DNA from: Chrysomallon squamiferum
Taxonomy: Eukaryota > Animalia > Mollusca
NCBI GenBank assembly: GCA_012295275.1
Contig: CM022672.1
Coordinates: 4,836,001 to 4,900,000 of the forward strand
Direction of reading: 5' to 3'
Length of the DNA stretch: 64,000 nt
This document shows, piece after piece, positions 39,977 through 55,873 of this stretch (position 1 is the stretch's first letter; each line of letters begins with the position of its first letter). The position numbers were made by a program, and so were the translations under genes. The notes under the pieces were generated by a model. It made no database searches. It was not told the origin of the DNA and saw only the letters and a program-made list of their open reading frames with translations.

Positions 39977-41617
39977 TTTATTCATTCATTCATTTAATTA
40001 CGTTGAGGTACACTGTATTAAACTTCGTTGTTTTTTTTTTGTTATTGTTTTTTAAAGTTTGATCTGGCATATGGTTTTAGCTAACAGCGGACTTAGCCCA
40101 AGGTATACAGATAAATGTCTGGAAAAGGAACATCATCAACACGACAACGTTATTTGTTGTTCTCTAAACTCACCAGATTATATATCTACCTGAATCTTAT
40201 TTATGACAAGATTTAACAGAGGTAACGGACGGATAATGAAACTCAATGAAATAATGCTTACTTCTTCTCAATGGCGTGAAGTGCAAAAATTTTGTTTTGT
40301 TTTGTTTTTTTTTTTCTCTAAACTTCAGTTACGTCTTCTATGACTGCACTTGTCTTTCGAGTTAACAGATCGCCTTCGCGCGGTTGAATTCATTTCGGGC
40401 CTAAGATGTCAGCAGTAACAATAACTGAGGAGGAATAATACACCGCACCCTCGTTTTTTTTTTTTTTTTCATTTTGTTTTGTTTTATTTCTGTCTGTGAT
40501 AAAAGGAAGAGATATATTCATTATCTAAAACTATTGGTACGTACCCGTTTTTCAAGTCCACTTAATCTTTCGGATGCTGCTTTTAAATTTTCTGTGAGTG
40601 TTCACCTTAGGTAATTAAATAATAATAATAATAATAATAATAAAGTTTGCTATTAATGTCATATTTTGTCGTTACATTTTTACAGTCAAAAAAAAAAGAG
40701 CTATTCAAGAGCTATAGATTTAATGATTTATTTATTATTAGTAAAATGTGATCTATAGTCAAATAACATGTACAAAATATACTTATTAATTATTATCGAA
40801 TTATGGTCTATGGTCAAATGAAGTACATATAGTTTATTTATTTACTGTTACCAAAAAATGGTTTATAGTTAAGTAAAATACATACGTTATATTTATTTAT
40901 TATTATTGTCTGTTCTTAAATAAAATACAAATGTATTTATATTTTGTTTAAAAAAAAATATCGTCCATTGTTAAACAAAGTATATAAAATGCATTTATTT
41001 ACTACTAGAAATGTAAGGTCTATAAATGGACACAAAACAAAATTATTTATCTACTATTAGAAAAATATGGTCTGTTGTATGATAATATGTATAAGATGTA
41101 CTTATTTATTATTAGGATAGTATGGTCTATTGATAAAGTGTATCAAATGTAGTTATATTTTTATATACACGGATATCGGCTCTCGGCTCACATTATGTTT
41201 TGTACAGTCCGTCAGTGCTTAAATGTGAATAATATTCCTCGAGAAAAAACTCAAAGTTTATATCTCCGAAGTCCACTGAATATCAACTAAGAAACATAAA
41301 AGCTCAAAAACGTTCTCTTTTAGAAGTTTTATGCTTATTTTTGAAGGTTGGCAATTAAAACAAGATTGTAATCTGAGTATCTGGCAGACAGTCTACTTTT
41401 CAACATGAAAGTAGCTATTGGTAATTAGTCTGTTGTTTCTTGTGCTTATAATAATTAATAATATGACGCGTATACTGAATAACACATTAGTGTTAGAAAG
41501 TGATCGAAGATGACATAATGAAAGTACTGAAAAGACACGAGTAGTTCACATCATCATTATCATTATTGTTTTTGTTCAAGTGGTTTACAAGATATTTTTG
41601 AAATTATGCAAAAAAAA

Positions 41618-41832
41618 ATATAATATAATATAATATAATATGATGTAATATAATTTAATATGATGTAATATAATAAATATAATCAATATAGTACAATATA
41701 AATAATATAATATAATAAAATATAATATGATGTAATGTAATATAATATAATATAATATAACATAACATATTATAATACAGTCTAATATAACATAATATAA
41801 TACAATAAAATATAAAATGATATAATATAATA
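41618..41832. repeat. Degenerate (AATAT)n pentanucleotide repeat (also 42162-42237 and 47746-47904)
   Basis: Direct reading. Confidence 0.85.
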
Positions 41833-43094
41833 TACTATAACTTACTGAAAAGTACATATTTTATTTTATTTAATTTAAAAAAGTTTTAAAGAAAACCTCA
41901 ACTGAAACCACCCAGAGGAAACAAGTGTATGAAATAATAATCAAAATTAGACATATTTTTATTTAGTTTTAAAAAAAGTTATTATTTTAATTTAAAATGC
42001 AAACACAAAGTAATCCAAAAACTAAATTCATTATTGTTGTTTTTTTTTTTCAAACGTTATTTTTATAATAATTTTGATTTTGGAAAAAAAATATTCTGTA
42101 ATTTTTGTCATATATAATTATATATATTTGAGAAGCAAATTTTCGTTTGAAATTATGCAAAATATAATATAATATAATATAATATAATATAATATGATGT
42201 AATATAATGTAATACAATATAATGCAATATAATATGATGTATTGTTGTTGTTGTTACTCGTAATAGTAGAAGACGTAGTACTTGTAGTAACATTAGCAGT
42301 AGTAGTAGCAAAATCACGGCCTGACTCTATCATTAGGCCAGCTAGTCAGCCTCCTAGACTCAAGTCTTCTGTGGGGTATGTCACTGATCTTTAACAGTCA
42401 CAGTTATTTTCAAATTACTGTTTTAAGCGAAAACAGATTTGCATCTTACGGTACTTATACTTGCGGTTTAAATAAATTTACCAGTTTCACAATTTGTGCT
42501 TTTTTTATTTATTTCTACAAAGTATTTATTTTAAAACATCGAAGTTTCCCTATTGTTTCTTTTTTTATTTTATTTTTGATTTATTGTTTCTTTGTTTGTT
42601 TTTTGTTTTTTTTAATGTTTTATGGGGGGTTAAGCATACTTAGAGCGCAAAATATGAGTTGTAATAATAATAGCAGAAACACCATTAGTAGTATTAGTCG
42701 TGGTTTTTCTAATGGAAGTAGTGGTGGTGGTTGTTGTAGAATTAGTACAAGCAGCAACAGCAGTAGTAGTGTTTGTGGTTCGTCTAATCGTAGTAGTAGT
42801 GGTGGTAGTCGTAGGAGTAGCAGTAGTAACAGAAGTTGCAGCAGCAGCAACAGTAGTAGTAATAGCAGTAGAAAGTGATAATGGTATGGTAGGAGAAGCA
42901 GCAGCAACTATAGAAATATTAGTGATAGTTGTTGTTGGTGTATTCGCATATCTGTTTACCCATCAGTCACTGTAAACAGTGGTTAAATATGATCACTAGA
43001 TACATCTCTATATTTTTTGTCACTGATGAAAAATTTGGCATTTTGGGACATAACTGTTTTTGCTTCGATAACATAATTTTTATTTATATTTATA

Positions 43095-43214
<120 letters not shown>

Positions 43215-43717
43215 TCAAAAGTTACTTATTTAGGGTTTAACTGCTGTTTCAGTCTCACAAGATTATTTTGAAAAGAAATTGTTGTTATTTAAAAAATATT
43301 TTTCTTCTGTATACAGTTTTTGTAGGCGAAAAGGAAATCAAATGCGTGAATCTGCTGTTCTCGGGAGCTGTGAGCTGTAAGAAATAAAACAGTTAATTTC
43401 ATTTAGTTTTTCTGTTACTTAGGATTGCAGGGTAAAACAACTACCTGACTACTGTCTTGTGATACCAGCTTTGTCCTTCTTGGATCGAATGACAAGATAA
43501 AACTTAAGGTAGCCACCATTTATTGTGTGTGTGTGTGTGTGTGTGTGGAGTTTCATTGTTTCACAGTAATTACCACTTTTTATATAAAGGTTTTATTCTG
43601 TAAATCGACTGTTAGTGACATTGTGTATGAACTTAACATCATACAGAAGGCTTTGCATTTTAATCATAAAAATCATATAATTAAATAAGCTATCTATAGC
43701 TAGGTTATTTTAGAGTC

Positions 43718-43730
43718 TGACCTCTGACCT
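43718..43730 (-). promoter_or_regulatory. Perfect DR1 nuclear-receptor element, copy 2
   Basis: TGACCTCTGACCT retained unchanged; TATATATATGCAAAT at 43908-43922. Confidence 0.4.
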
Positions 43731-45075
43731 GATTATCAGTGTCATAATTTGAAACCTTTCATCACATTTTACACATCAAAACAGATACGATGTGAAGATT
43801 ATGTACGAGCTACAGCTCGAGGATATCAAATTACTGTAATTTTTAAAGTGAATGAGTAAAAAAAACCTGCTCTTTCTCTCGCTTGTCTTTATTGTGTTCT
43901 TGCAGTTTATATATATGCAAATGAGGTCTTGGTCGTCCTTGACCCGATGAAAAGTTATTTCAACAGGAGCTGCTGCTTCTCTTATGTGTCGAATTTGCCT
44001 GCGATTTTGAATTGAGTAATTGCTGGGCTTTACAGTGGAAAAGCAAAGTATTTATTAATTTATTAATAATTAATTACATAATCTGGCTTAAAAAGTAGAT
44101 TCATTATTTCATCCACTTTGTTAATTTGCAGTATATGCAAATGTTTTTTCTTTTGTTTTGCTTGTTGTAATTTTTTTTTAAATTTGCATTTATTTATTTT
44201 ATTTTTTATTTTATTTTATTGATTAGAACCGTTAATAATCTATGCAAATGGATTTGTTTTTTGTTTGTTTTTAGGCTCAAACTGTTACTTGTAACAAAGT
44301 GCGAGATTAAAGAAATGAGCTCGCATATGAATGCAAAAAAGCTATTGTTTTCTTTGAAGACTTCATTTCGTATATAGAAAAGTTTAAAGCTTGAAAGAGA
44401 TAGAAAAATAAGTAGATAAACACACAGAGACAGGTAGAGAGACAGACAGGTATAGAGACACAGAAGATGGGTAGAAAGACAGATTTCACTATTGGTGCTT
44501 ATTTGTAATAATGTATTCTCAGCTGATAGTGAAATCACTTGAGCGATGTAAAGAGTTTTGTATGCGTGTGTGGGTGTGTAATGTAAATTAAACACGAAAA
44601 ACGCATCAACCATTTCAAACTAACAAATTTACAATTATACAGTTTTTATACGGACACTTTATGGACACGGAAGTTGTGTACAAATGAAAACGTGACCCGG
44701 TTAATAAATCATAGTGTAAGACGACATTGTGACAGTCAAAGCACAGAACTATTAGTATTACTATTAGCAAACCGTTGATCATGGCTTGGTGCCAAGATGG
44801 GTTTTTGAGGGGTTTTCTTAAGTTTAAGCACCCGGAACTTGAAGGGTGGATGACGTTATCGTCGGATATAGGTTAGTTCATTCCATCCCGGTTATTAGAA
44901 TTATCCAAAAGACAGAATTAAGAGTTCTTCCTGCTTTATCTAATTTTTATATTCACTAAACCGCCTGGATGAACTGAAGCGGAACCAAACTGTCTAAACA
45001 GTTTGACATTAACTGTTATAAGAATAATTACATTTACTGTGGCCGCAGGTTTGACTGTGTGTGTGTCTGTCTGTC

Positions 45076-45112
<37 letters not shown>

Positions 45113-45958
45113 AGCCTACTTTTGTTTAAATCATGAAAAACTTGTTAACTGTATCAAAATTCCAAAAATCCTTTGATGCGATATTTTATTAAGTTTATTA
45201 AACCACCAACAAGCGACCTTAATGGAGTAAAATAATTCTACATGATCATGTTTTATTTCTGTGGAATTTTACATGTGTCTAAGCCAAAGTAAAGTGTAAT
45301 GTTAGACAATCCTGTCAATCTGTTAACAACAATGAATTATTTTTTTTTTAATTTATTGTGTGTGTGTGGTTGTGTGTGTGTCTGATACCCGTTAATTCTA
45401 TGAATATTATCTATAGATAGACACGTAAATGCCAGTATCCAGTGCATTGAGCTTTGGTCAATTATACTAATATATGACTGAACGATTTTTAGACCATGTG
45501 TGTGTGTGTGTGTGTGTCACGATTTTTGCATGCTTCGGTACAAAGAACTCATAGATCGGAGAATCTATGATCTGGAGAAATGATAGATCGAACTGTGGCA
45601 AACAAAATCAAGAACTGCAATGTAAAACCTCACTAAACCAAACACCTCACAGTATCGACCATTTGATCCTGCTTTACTATTTTGTGAATGTGTCTTGTAT
45701 GCTTCTATTTTTCTTATGATTACATGTTACTAGACAAATAAGTCTATAAATTGATAAATAAATAAATATGTTTCGGCCCAGATATTGTCTAATAATTAGT
45801 GTATTAAAATAGAGATATGAGCTGTTATCAAAGATCATTGGTCCTGGTGGATCAAAAATAAAATTACCATAAATGATTATTTATTAATTTATTGCTATGA
45901 GTGTTGTTGTTTTTTTTTTGTTGTTTTTTTTGTGTTGCTTATTTTTTTTTATTTTTGA

Positions 45959-46021
<63 letters not shown>

Positions 46022-47904
46022 TTTTGTTTTTTGTTTTTGATGTGTTTTTTTTAAAGTTTGATGCAACATATTTTTATAGCTCACAACGGACTTAGCCCAA
46101 GGTATACAGATACATGTCTCGAAAAGGAACATCATCAACACGACAACGTTATTTGTTGTTCTCTAAACTCACCATATTATATCTACCTGAATCTTATTTA
46201 TGACAAGATTTAACAGAGGTAACGGACGAATAATGAAACTCAATGAAACTCTGTCTCGCTTACTTCTTCGTACAAGTGGCGTGAAGTGCAAAATGTGCAT
46301 TTGTTTTGTTTGGGTTTTTTTTTTCTCTAAACTTCAGTTACGTCCTCTATGACTGCACTTGTCTTTCGAGTTAACAGATCGCCTTCGCGCGGTTGAATTC
46401 ATTTCGGGCCTAAGATATCAGCAGCAACAATAACTGAGGAGGAATAATACACTGCACCCTCGTTTTTTTCTTTTTCATTTTCTCATGATGAATTCTTTCA
46501 CTCTTCTGTCTGTGATAAAAGGAAGAGATATATTCATTATCTAAAACTGTTGGTAGGTACCCGTTTTTCAAGTCCACTTAATCTCTCAGATGCTGCTTTT
46601 AAATGTTCTGTGAGTGTTCACGGTAGGTGCTTAAATAATAATAATAATAATAAAGTTTGATATTAATGTCATATTTTGTCTTTGCATTCTTACAGTCAAA
46701 AATAGAAGAATGCATGATTTATTGATTTATTGATTTATTGAATTATTGCAAAATGTAATCTATAGTCAAACAACATGGTCAAATGAAGTGCATGTAGGTT
46801 ATTTATTTACTGTTACTACAAAATGGTTTATAGTTAAGTAAAATGCATACGATATATTTATTTATTATTATTGTCTGTTCTTAAATAAAAACTACAAATA
46901 TATTTTTATTTTGTTTAAAAAAAATATATCGTCCATTATCAATCAAAGTATATAAAATGTGTTTATTTACTACTAGAAATGTACGGTCTATAAATGGTCA
47001 CAAAACAAAATTATTTATCTACTATTAGAAACATATGGTCTGTTGTCAAATAAAATGTATAACATGTACTTATTTATTATTAAGATAGTATGGTCTATTG
47101 ATAAAGTGTATTAAATGTATTTAAATTTTGATTGACCCGGATGTATGTTCACATTAGGTTTTGTACAGTCCGTCAAAGATTAAATATGAATCATCTTCCT
47201 GGAAAAAAAAAAAAAAAAAAAAATGCACGTATATTCGCTACGTCATAGTTTGTCCTGTTTTTAATTCTTAAGATTATAAATTAAACTGTGTAAAAAACCG
47301 AACCGTCTCTGAAACAGAATTCACAGATAAATGCTGAACAATCTGTGAAGTCCACGGGGAATATCAACTAAGAAACATGAAAGCTCAAAAAGTTTCTCTT
47401 TACAGTGGACCCAATAATGTTCGGGCGTTTAGAAGTTTTATGCTTATTTTTGATTTTTGGCAATTATAACAAGATTGTAATTTGAGTATCTGGCAGACAA
47501 GGGAGGTAGCTATTGTTTCTTGTGCTCATAGACTGCAGCACATTTCTTTATACGTGTGCGGGTATATGACGCGTATACTGAATAACACATTAGTGTTAGA
47601 AGAGTGATCGAGAACGTCTGACGTAAAGCTACTGACTGTAAGTACTGAAAAGACACGAGTAGTTCACATCATCATTATCATTATTGTTTATTGTTAGCAG
47701 GTGGTAGTACCTAGAGAAGCAAGATTTTCGTTTGAAATTATGCAAAATATAATAGAATAGAATATAATATGATGTAATATGATGTAATACAATATAATGC
47801 AATATAATATGATGTATTGTACTATAATATAATATAACATATTATAATACAGTCTAATATAACATAATATAATACAATAAAATATAAAATGATATAATAT
47901 AATA

Positions 47905-48584
47905 CAGTATTCCCTCGCTATTCGCGGGGGTTACGTTCTTTACCCCACCGCGAATAGCGAAAAACCGCGAATATTGGATGCAGTTTTAAAACGTCTATTA
48001 TGAGATTATATACGGTACTAAATGCTTCCCAAACACTTTCTAAAGACACTCTTACTCATTAATACAGTAATAAAGTAATATTGCATGCAGTTATGTATTT
48101 CACTAATGTAGTAATGATAATGTAAACACATTTTAATTTTGTACTGAAACAATATTTTAATCAGAAAGAAACGTAAGTACAGGAGGACAGTAACACCGCA
48201 TAGCATAGTTACCCATACTGTATTACTGCACCGTAAAGTCATTTTCTATGCGTACAACATATGTATTAGAATTGACAGAAAGTGGAACAAATTTAAAGGC
48301 AAAACAGACAGATAAATACAGTGCAATTAAAAACATTATTAATACACGGTCACAAAAAATATGCACTGTATATACAGTGTATGCATTTATAAAAAAAATA
48401 CGTACTGTATTGCAATAATAATTGAAAAAATTTGATATTGTTTGTGCGGTTTACCGAGCATTTGTTTTTATGACGTTATGACGCTCGCCTGGTATACCAG
48501 CATACAATGCGATAGGGTTAAGAGCCTAACCCGCGAATATACGGGGCCGCGAATGGGGAACCGCGAATAGGTGAGGGTATACTG
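47905..48584. mobile_element. 680-bp non-autonomous Tc1/mariner (pogo/Tigger-like) MITE with TA target-site duplication
   Basis: TIRs CAGTATTCCCTCGCTATTCGCGG and CCGCGAATAGGTGAGGGTATACTG; sub-terminal CCGCGAAT repeats; TA on both sides. The empty site AATATAA-TA-TACTATAAC is present in duplication copy 1 at ~41824-41841. Confidence 0.9.
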
Positions 48585-49275
48585 TATACTATAACTTACT
48601 GAAAAGTGTTAGTATTATTTTAGGTTATAATTTAGAAAGTTTTAAACTTGGAAAACCTCAACTGAAACCACCGAGAGGAAACAAGTGTATGAAATAATAA
48701 TCAAAATTAGACATGTACATTTTACTTTTTCTTTAGTTTACATATAAAAAGTTACTATTTTAATTTAAAGATGCAAACACAATAGTAATCCAAAAACTAA
48801 ATTGTTTGCCTTTATTGTTGTTTGTTCTTTTTCAAACGTTATTTTAAATCGTAATAATCAGCATTTGATTTACGAAGCAGTGGAAATATAAATATATTCT
48901 GTAATTTTTGTCAAGTGTATAATTATTATATATTACTGTTGTTGTTGTTAGTCGTAATTGTAGATGACGTAGTACTTGTAGTAATATTAGCAGTAGTAGA
49001 AGCAAAATCACGGCCTGACACTACGCCTAGACTCAAGTCCTCTGTGTGGTATGTCACTGATCTTTAACAGTCACAGTTATTTTCAAATTACTGTTTTAAG
49101 CCGAAAACAGATTTGCATCTTACGGTACTTATACTTGCGGTTTAAATAAATTTACCAGTTTCACAATTTGTGCTTTTTTTTTTTTTCTACAAAGTATTTA
49201 TTTTAAAACATCGAAGTTTCCCTATTGTTTCTTTTGGGGGGTTTTAGTGTGTTTTTTTAAATTTATTTATTTATT

Positions 49276-49311
<36 letters not shown>

Positions 49312-50018
49312 GTGGGGTTAAGCATACTTAGAGCGCAAAATATGAGTTGTAATAATAATAGCAGAAACACCATTAATAGTAGTAGTCGTGGTTGTTCTAA
49401 TGGAAGTAGTGGTGGTTGTTGTTGTAGGAGTAGTACAAGCAGCAACAGCAGTAGTAGTGTTTGTGGTTCGTCTAATCGTAGTAGTAGTGGTGGTAGTCGT
49501 AGGAGTAGCAGTAGTAACAGAAGTAGCAGCAGCAGCAACAGTAGTAGTAATAGCAGTAGAAAGTGATAATGGTATGGTAGGAGAAGCAGCAGCAACTATA
49601 GAAATATTAGTGATAGTTGTTGTTGTATTCGTAGCTGTTGTAGCAATAGCAGTAGTAGCTGTGGTATCAGCAGTACAAATAGTAGTAGTAGTTGTAATAC
49701 ATGCCTTGCGCTACGAATACATGTTGAAGTCAAGTAGATTCTCTTTCCCTGCTGGCCGGCATGAATTTTTTGTTTTTAATTACTAAAATATATTACCATT
49801 ATACTTATTAAATATTCAAAATTAATCTGGTTTTATTATCATGCTTATATATCCTTACAAATGTATCAAAAGTGCTATTTTGTTTTTAATGCTGATAAAT
49901 TCTAAACTTCACAACTAATCACGATAATGATAAACTGTACGTAATGAAAAACGGAAATATTTTAAAATGTATCATTGAAATATATTTTGGATATTTGGGC
50001 CTACTAACCAGTCCTCGC

Positions 50019-50090
<72 letters not shown>

Positions 50091-50700
50091 TAATATTAAT
50101 AATATTAAAGCATGGGAGTAACTTCATGACCAGAAGCAGTCAAACATTCAACAGTTCAACTAACGATTTGAATAAGATCAAAACCAAATGTATTTGATAG
50201 GGGAATCACCGTTCCTTGAGATGAAAAGAACTGGATTTGTTAAGTTGATCCTTTGTAAATGTATAAGGCCTTCTTATATAATCTTTGTACCGTTTGGCCT
50301 TTTTGTTCTTGAAATGAAGTAAGTGATATATAACACAGACAATTAAACTATTAAACTTCAAGCATTACTTATTTCTCTCTGTGTGTGATATCTTTAGACT
50401 GTAGATCTAAATGAGAAGATACTATCTGATTGACACCGCAGATCAAAACAGTTGTAGTAGTAGTTTTAACAGAAGTAGTTATGGTGGTGGTAGTTACTGT
50501 ATATTATGACAAGATATCGTATACAGATTTCATCACAGTTTTAACACACCTACAATTCCTGTAACAATCCGACGACTCAGATTACAGCAAATAAAAAATT
50601 TGATTTGAATCTATTGCGACCCATTGTACTTTAGTATTTTATTTTTCAGCTGTTACGGTAATTCTGTGGATACATTTGAACAACACTGTATTTTTGCGTA

Positions 50701-50897
50701 ATGGCACGGAAGTCTGATTATACTGAGCTGTCTCTCAATCAAAGAACAGGGTAATAGCATTTGAACTTTAATTTGATAAAACAAGACATGACAAGTAGCA
50801 ATAATTTGCGCCGGAAAAATCTAATATAAAGATTAATAATTCTAAATTTCTATATCTTTTTCTTAACTTTTCTCATTTGTTTGTTTGTTTGAATATG

Positions 50898-50942
<45 letters not shown>

Positions 50943-51634
50943 ATTTTGCCAAAACTATCTATTTTCTCATTTAACTTTTAAATTCTTTGAGAATTCAAAT
51001 ATTAAGGCATTCCAGAAATAGTAACAAATACATGTTTTCATCTGTAACTTTCTAATCATCATCATCGTCATCATTTTTTCTTCTTCTTCTTCTTCTTCTT
51101 AATAATAATAATAACAACAACAACAACAACAACAATAACAACAACAACAACAACATTTATTGCAAAATATATATATATATACCATCCATATCATCATTAT
51201 TGGCATTGCTGTTGTATTTGTATGATTTTATTTTTACTTACAGATTGAACCATCGAATATCTTTGTCATCGCTGAACCAGGAGCCCATTATTACGGGAAA
51301 TCGTTACAGTGATTTCACATACCAAAATCCAGTGTATACTTCTGAAACTGATCAGTACGTAATTGCAACCTCTTTAAGCAAAACGTTTTAAGTAACTTAG
51401 TTACCTAACTACTTGATGTAAAGAATAATAATAATAATGATAATAATAATAAAATAATAATGACGATGATGATGAAAATAATAGCTCTGATAACAACATA
51501 CGTAAATAACAGTGGTAATAGTAATAATAATAAGAAGAAAAATAATGATGATGATGATAACGGAATTATTGTATCTACTCCTACTTTTTCTGCTACATCT
51601 ATTAGAACTAGAATTATTATTGCTTCTGCTGCTG

Positions 51635-51700
<66 letters not shown>

Positions 51701-52537
51701 TTACTATTATTATTAGTATTAGTAGTATTATATGTTGTGGATACTGTATTTTCGTTATTAAATAGTTATTGTTTTTTTTTCTCCAGACAAGCAATGGACG
51801 AAGAACCACCGGCAGATTATTCTTCTGAATCACCCACACGGTAAATACTTATAACATGTATACTTGTTTGCTTGTTGGTTAGTTGATTAGTTTGAGGGGT
51901 TTTCTGTTGTTGTTGTTTTGGTTTTTTTGTTTATTAAGGATTTGGGGGGTGGTGGGGGGGAGAAGTGGGTTAATAATAAGAAGACGAGAAAGAATAAGAA
52001 GGAAAAGAAAAAGAAGAAGTAGAATTAATGATGGAGACGATGATCATTACTGTTTTTCATTGTTATTGTTATTGTTGTAGTTGTTGTCATCATCGTCATC
52101 ATCATTACACACGTTTCGTGCTTTACTTAAAAATATCTAAAACTCGTACGAAAGTCAAAAGATTATATCGAAAAAAAAACAACAAAAAACAACATTTCCT
52201 TTTCTGTTGTTATAGGCGAGCATGTCTGTTTTCATTTTATTTATTTATTTATTTATTTATTTATTGTTGTTGTTCTGGTTGTTATTTCATGATTTTACTG
52301 ATCACAAGTAAGCTATTTATCGAAAATGTTGACGATGATGACGACGACGATTATGATGATGATAATAATGAAGATGATGATGATGATTACGACAACACCA
52401 TAATAGCAGTAATAGTAAAAAATAATAAAAAGAAGAAGAATGATGATGATGATTGTGTTATTACTGATGTTTACTCGTACTGCTTCTATTACTTTCACTG
52501 CTGCAATGGGTACTAGTAACGATTTTTACTGCTGCTG

Positions 52538-52622
<85 letters not shown>

Positions 52623-52791
52623 CTGTTGTTGCTGTAGTGCTGTTATTAACTAGTAATTTTTTTTTCTCTCTCCAGAAAAACAATGGATGAACGCACCTTA
52701 CCAGAGGATGAACCACCAGCAGACTATTCTTCTGAATTACCAACACGGTAAATATTACAGCATGTATGATTTGTTTGGTTGTTTTTACAGT

Positions 52792-52830
<39 letters not shown>

Positions 52831-53386
52831 GTTTTTTTATTTTTTATTCTATTTATTTAGGGTTTTTTTGTTACCTGTTTTATTTGTTTGTTTTTTTGTT
52901 TTGTTTTTTATGTTTATTTATTGATTGATTGATTGGTTGACTGATTGATTTGATTTGATTTTATTCATTATTATTGTTGTGGTTATTTTGTCAAGATATT
53001 ATTAACGAGTAAGCTTATTTATTGATGATGACGATGATGATGATAATAATAACAATAATAAAGTAGGCAAGGTTACAGATAAAATTTACACTCAGCTATA
53101 TGTTTTCAAAAGTTGTTCTTATATTTCGCTTTAAATCTTTCTCTCACTTTTTTTTGTTTTCTTTCCTATTTTTTGAGTCTCTTGGATCAGTTATTTTTTT
53201 CAAATACATTATATAAACTTCAGTTAACACATCCTGGTTTTAACAAAATCACGCGATTTTTGAAATACAATACACACGAAGCTATTGAGATGGCTTGCTG
53301 TATGGTCGCACTTCTCAACAAAACATAACAGTCATTACTCATAAACCGTGACAATATGTAATGAGGAGCTTTAAGGAAGAATCTAC

Positions 53387-53435
<49 letters not shown>

Positions 53436-55839
53436 GTGATAACATTCTTCTTCTCTTTTTTCTTTACTTGTTTCTTCTTCTTCTCTTTTTCTTTTCTTTT
53501 GTTAATTTTCTTTTTCTTTTTCTTCTTATGCCAAACACATTATGAATTCATTCGATGAAACCATCAGTGAAAAATAGAAGGCAGTAAGCTTGATAATAAT
53601 AAAAATAATAATAATAATAGTAATGGCGTGTAGTCGTAAAGAAAAAAAAAGAAGAACAATTTACAAACGATTGAAAGAAAAAACAAAACAAAAACGAAGA
53701 AATGTGCATCACAACCTGACCGCACAATAATCATTTATAAATAAGTTTTGCACTGGATTGAATAACTATCGGTGTTCAGTTTAAAAATAATTACTAAAAT
53801 GAACCAAAAAGTTTGATACTGATAAACAAACTAATAACTAAAAAAAAAAATAATAATAATAATTTACAAAATAAATGAATAAATAAATAAATAAATAAAT
53901 AAATAAAAAACCACGAATAAATAATAAATATTAATGTCACACACGCACACACACACCGAGAGAAAGAAAGAAAGAGAGAGAGAGAAAGAAAGAAAGAAAG
54001 AGAGAGATAAGAAAAGAAAGAGGAAGTATTTCTAGTAACGTGACTCATGAAAATAATTAATTCAATCACTTATATTTACAGTAACATTATCCATGATAAT
54101 GTTACTATAAATATAAGTGATTGAATTATACTATAAAGCAATATAATAATAATAAATAAATAAATAAATAGAATCAAAAGGTTCTAAATTCAAAACCAAG
54201 ACGTTAAGTATCAGGCTGTTTTAATTCAAGCCACTTATAAGCCATGAATTACAAGAATACACTTCCGTGTCATTACTAGCTTTTACAAGCACCTCTCATA
54301 TAATAATAAATAATGCACACCGTTGGACGACATAAGTAAAATACCTGAGCACAAAACATGTAATTTACGATCTGTCGTTCATTCGGCTGAAAAGATAATT
54401 GGATATAGTTAGGGTCGTGCACCGCACACAAAGTAATTACTGTGATGAATTCCACAAAACGTATTATGTCTACTGACACCTTTCACGCAGATTCATGTTT
54501 TAACTATAATTATGTATTTACCTAGAATGTTTTCGGGTATGAATGTGTGAGTGTGTCTGTTTGTGTTTATGTATGTATGCATGTATGTATGTATGTATGT
54601 ATGTATGTATGTATGTATGTATGTATGTTTTTAAATAAATATATATGTGTGTGTATTTACTTGGTATTCTAATGAAGTAATGATATTTTATAATCCTTGC
54701 TGGACCATGTTAGATCGAGTAGAAGGACTCAGTGAAGTTCAAAGAAAAAAAAAATTAAATTAAATTAACATACATTTTCTGAACATTTGAAACAAATTAA
54801 GTCGTTGATAATTTTATTACACGGACAAACGGTTGGTTTTAGACAATTATAAAATAATTTCGAATTAATGTTATTCAATCAATACTTAATAGTATCACTA
54901 TTATTAAAAAATAACAATAACAACAACAATTATTATTATTATTATGATAATGAAAGTGATAATAATAATAATAATTTCTTTCTTTCTCTCTTTCTTTCTT
55001 AAATGACAACAATTTATTTATTTATTTACTTATTATTATTTTTTATTTTTTTTTTTTTTTTTTTTTTTTATTATTTACTTGGTTCATTTATATTAGCAGT
55101 TTTTGCAGATTTGTTTAACTATTTCATAAAATTTCGTTTTAATGATTGTTTTGTTTTTCTCATTTCAAGACCATCAGAAAACCAACATGGAGAAAACGAC
55201 GAAGGATCCAGAGATTTTGAAAGATCGTCAGAAGAAAACGACGAGTTTGTAGTATTACGTTATTGATAGCGAAAACGAAAATCTGTGACGTCCATTAAAA
55301 ACTTAAATGTTTACGTTAATGTATATTTAATCATTTATTTTATTTTGTGTACAAATAATGGTGACGACTACCAAATATTTACTCAAGATTCTAATTTTTT
55401 TTTTTTTTTTTATTGAAAATGTTTTCTTTCAAAACGTATGGAAGCGGAACATATCCTGAAATCATGATTTTGAAAAATGTATTCAATTTGTTTTTGTTTT
55501 TATGCTTTAAATTTGATCCTCAAAATAATAGTCATCTTGGTAAATATACAGCATTATGTGTTGTGCAGATATAAGCTTCTTATCGACTCGGAGACAGAAG
55601 AACCACCTGCTGAAGGTCAATCATTCTTTGACAAAGTGGCCGCGTCTGCACCCAAAGCAATAAAAGTGTTGGCGTTCTTCTTCTTATTGCTGATGGTTTT
55701 GGCTTCAGCTATCATTAGCAGGACGACCTTGTTATTCATGACACGGAATCTCGGCAAAGTGATGGTAAGTCACATAAAACAACGTGTTCTACAAATTGTT
55801 TATGCAAACTGGTTTCACGTGTCTTGCCTTATATGATTA

Positions 55840-55873
<34 letters not shown>

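Noticed and set aside
42378-42975. Ser/Gly-rich and Val-rich ORFs repeated at 49308-49786
   Set aside because: Low-complexity (AGT/AGC/GGT)n tract copied by the segmental duplication; no splice or domain support.
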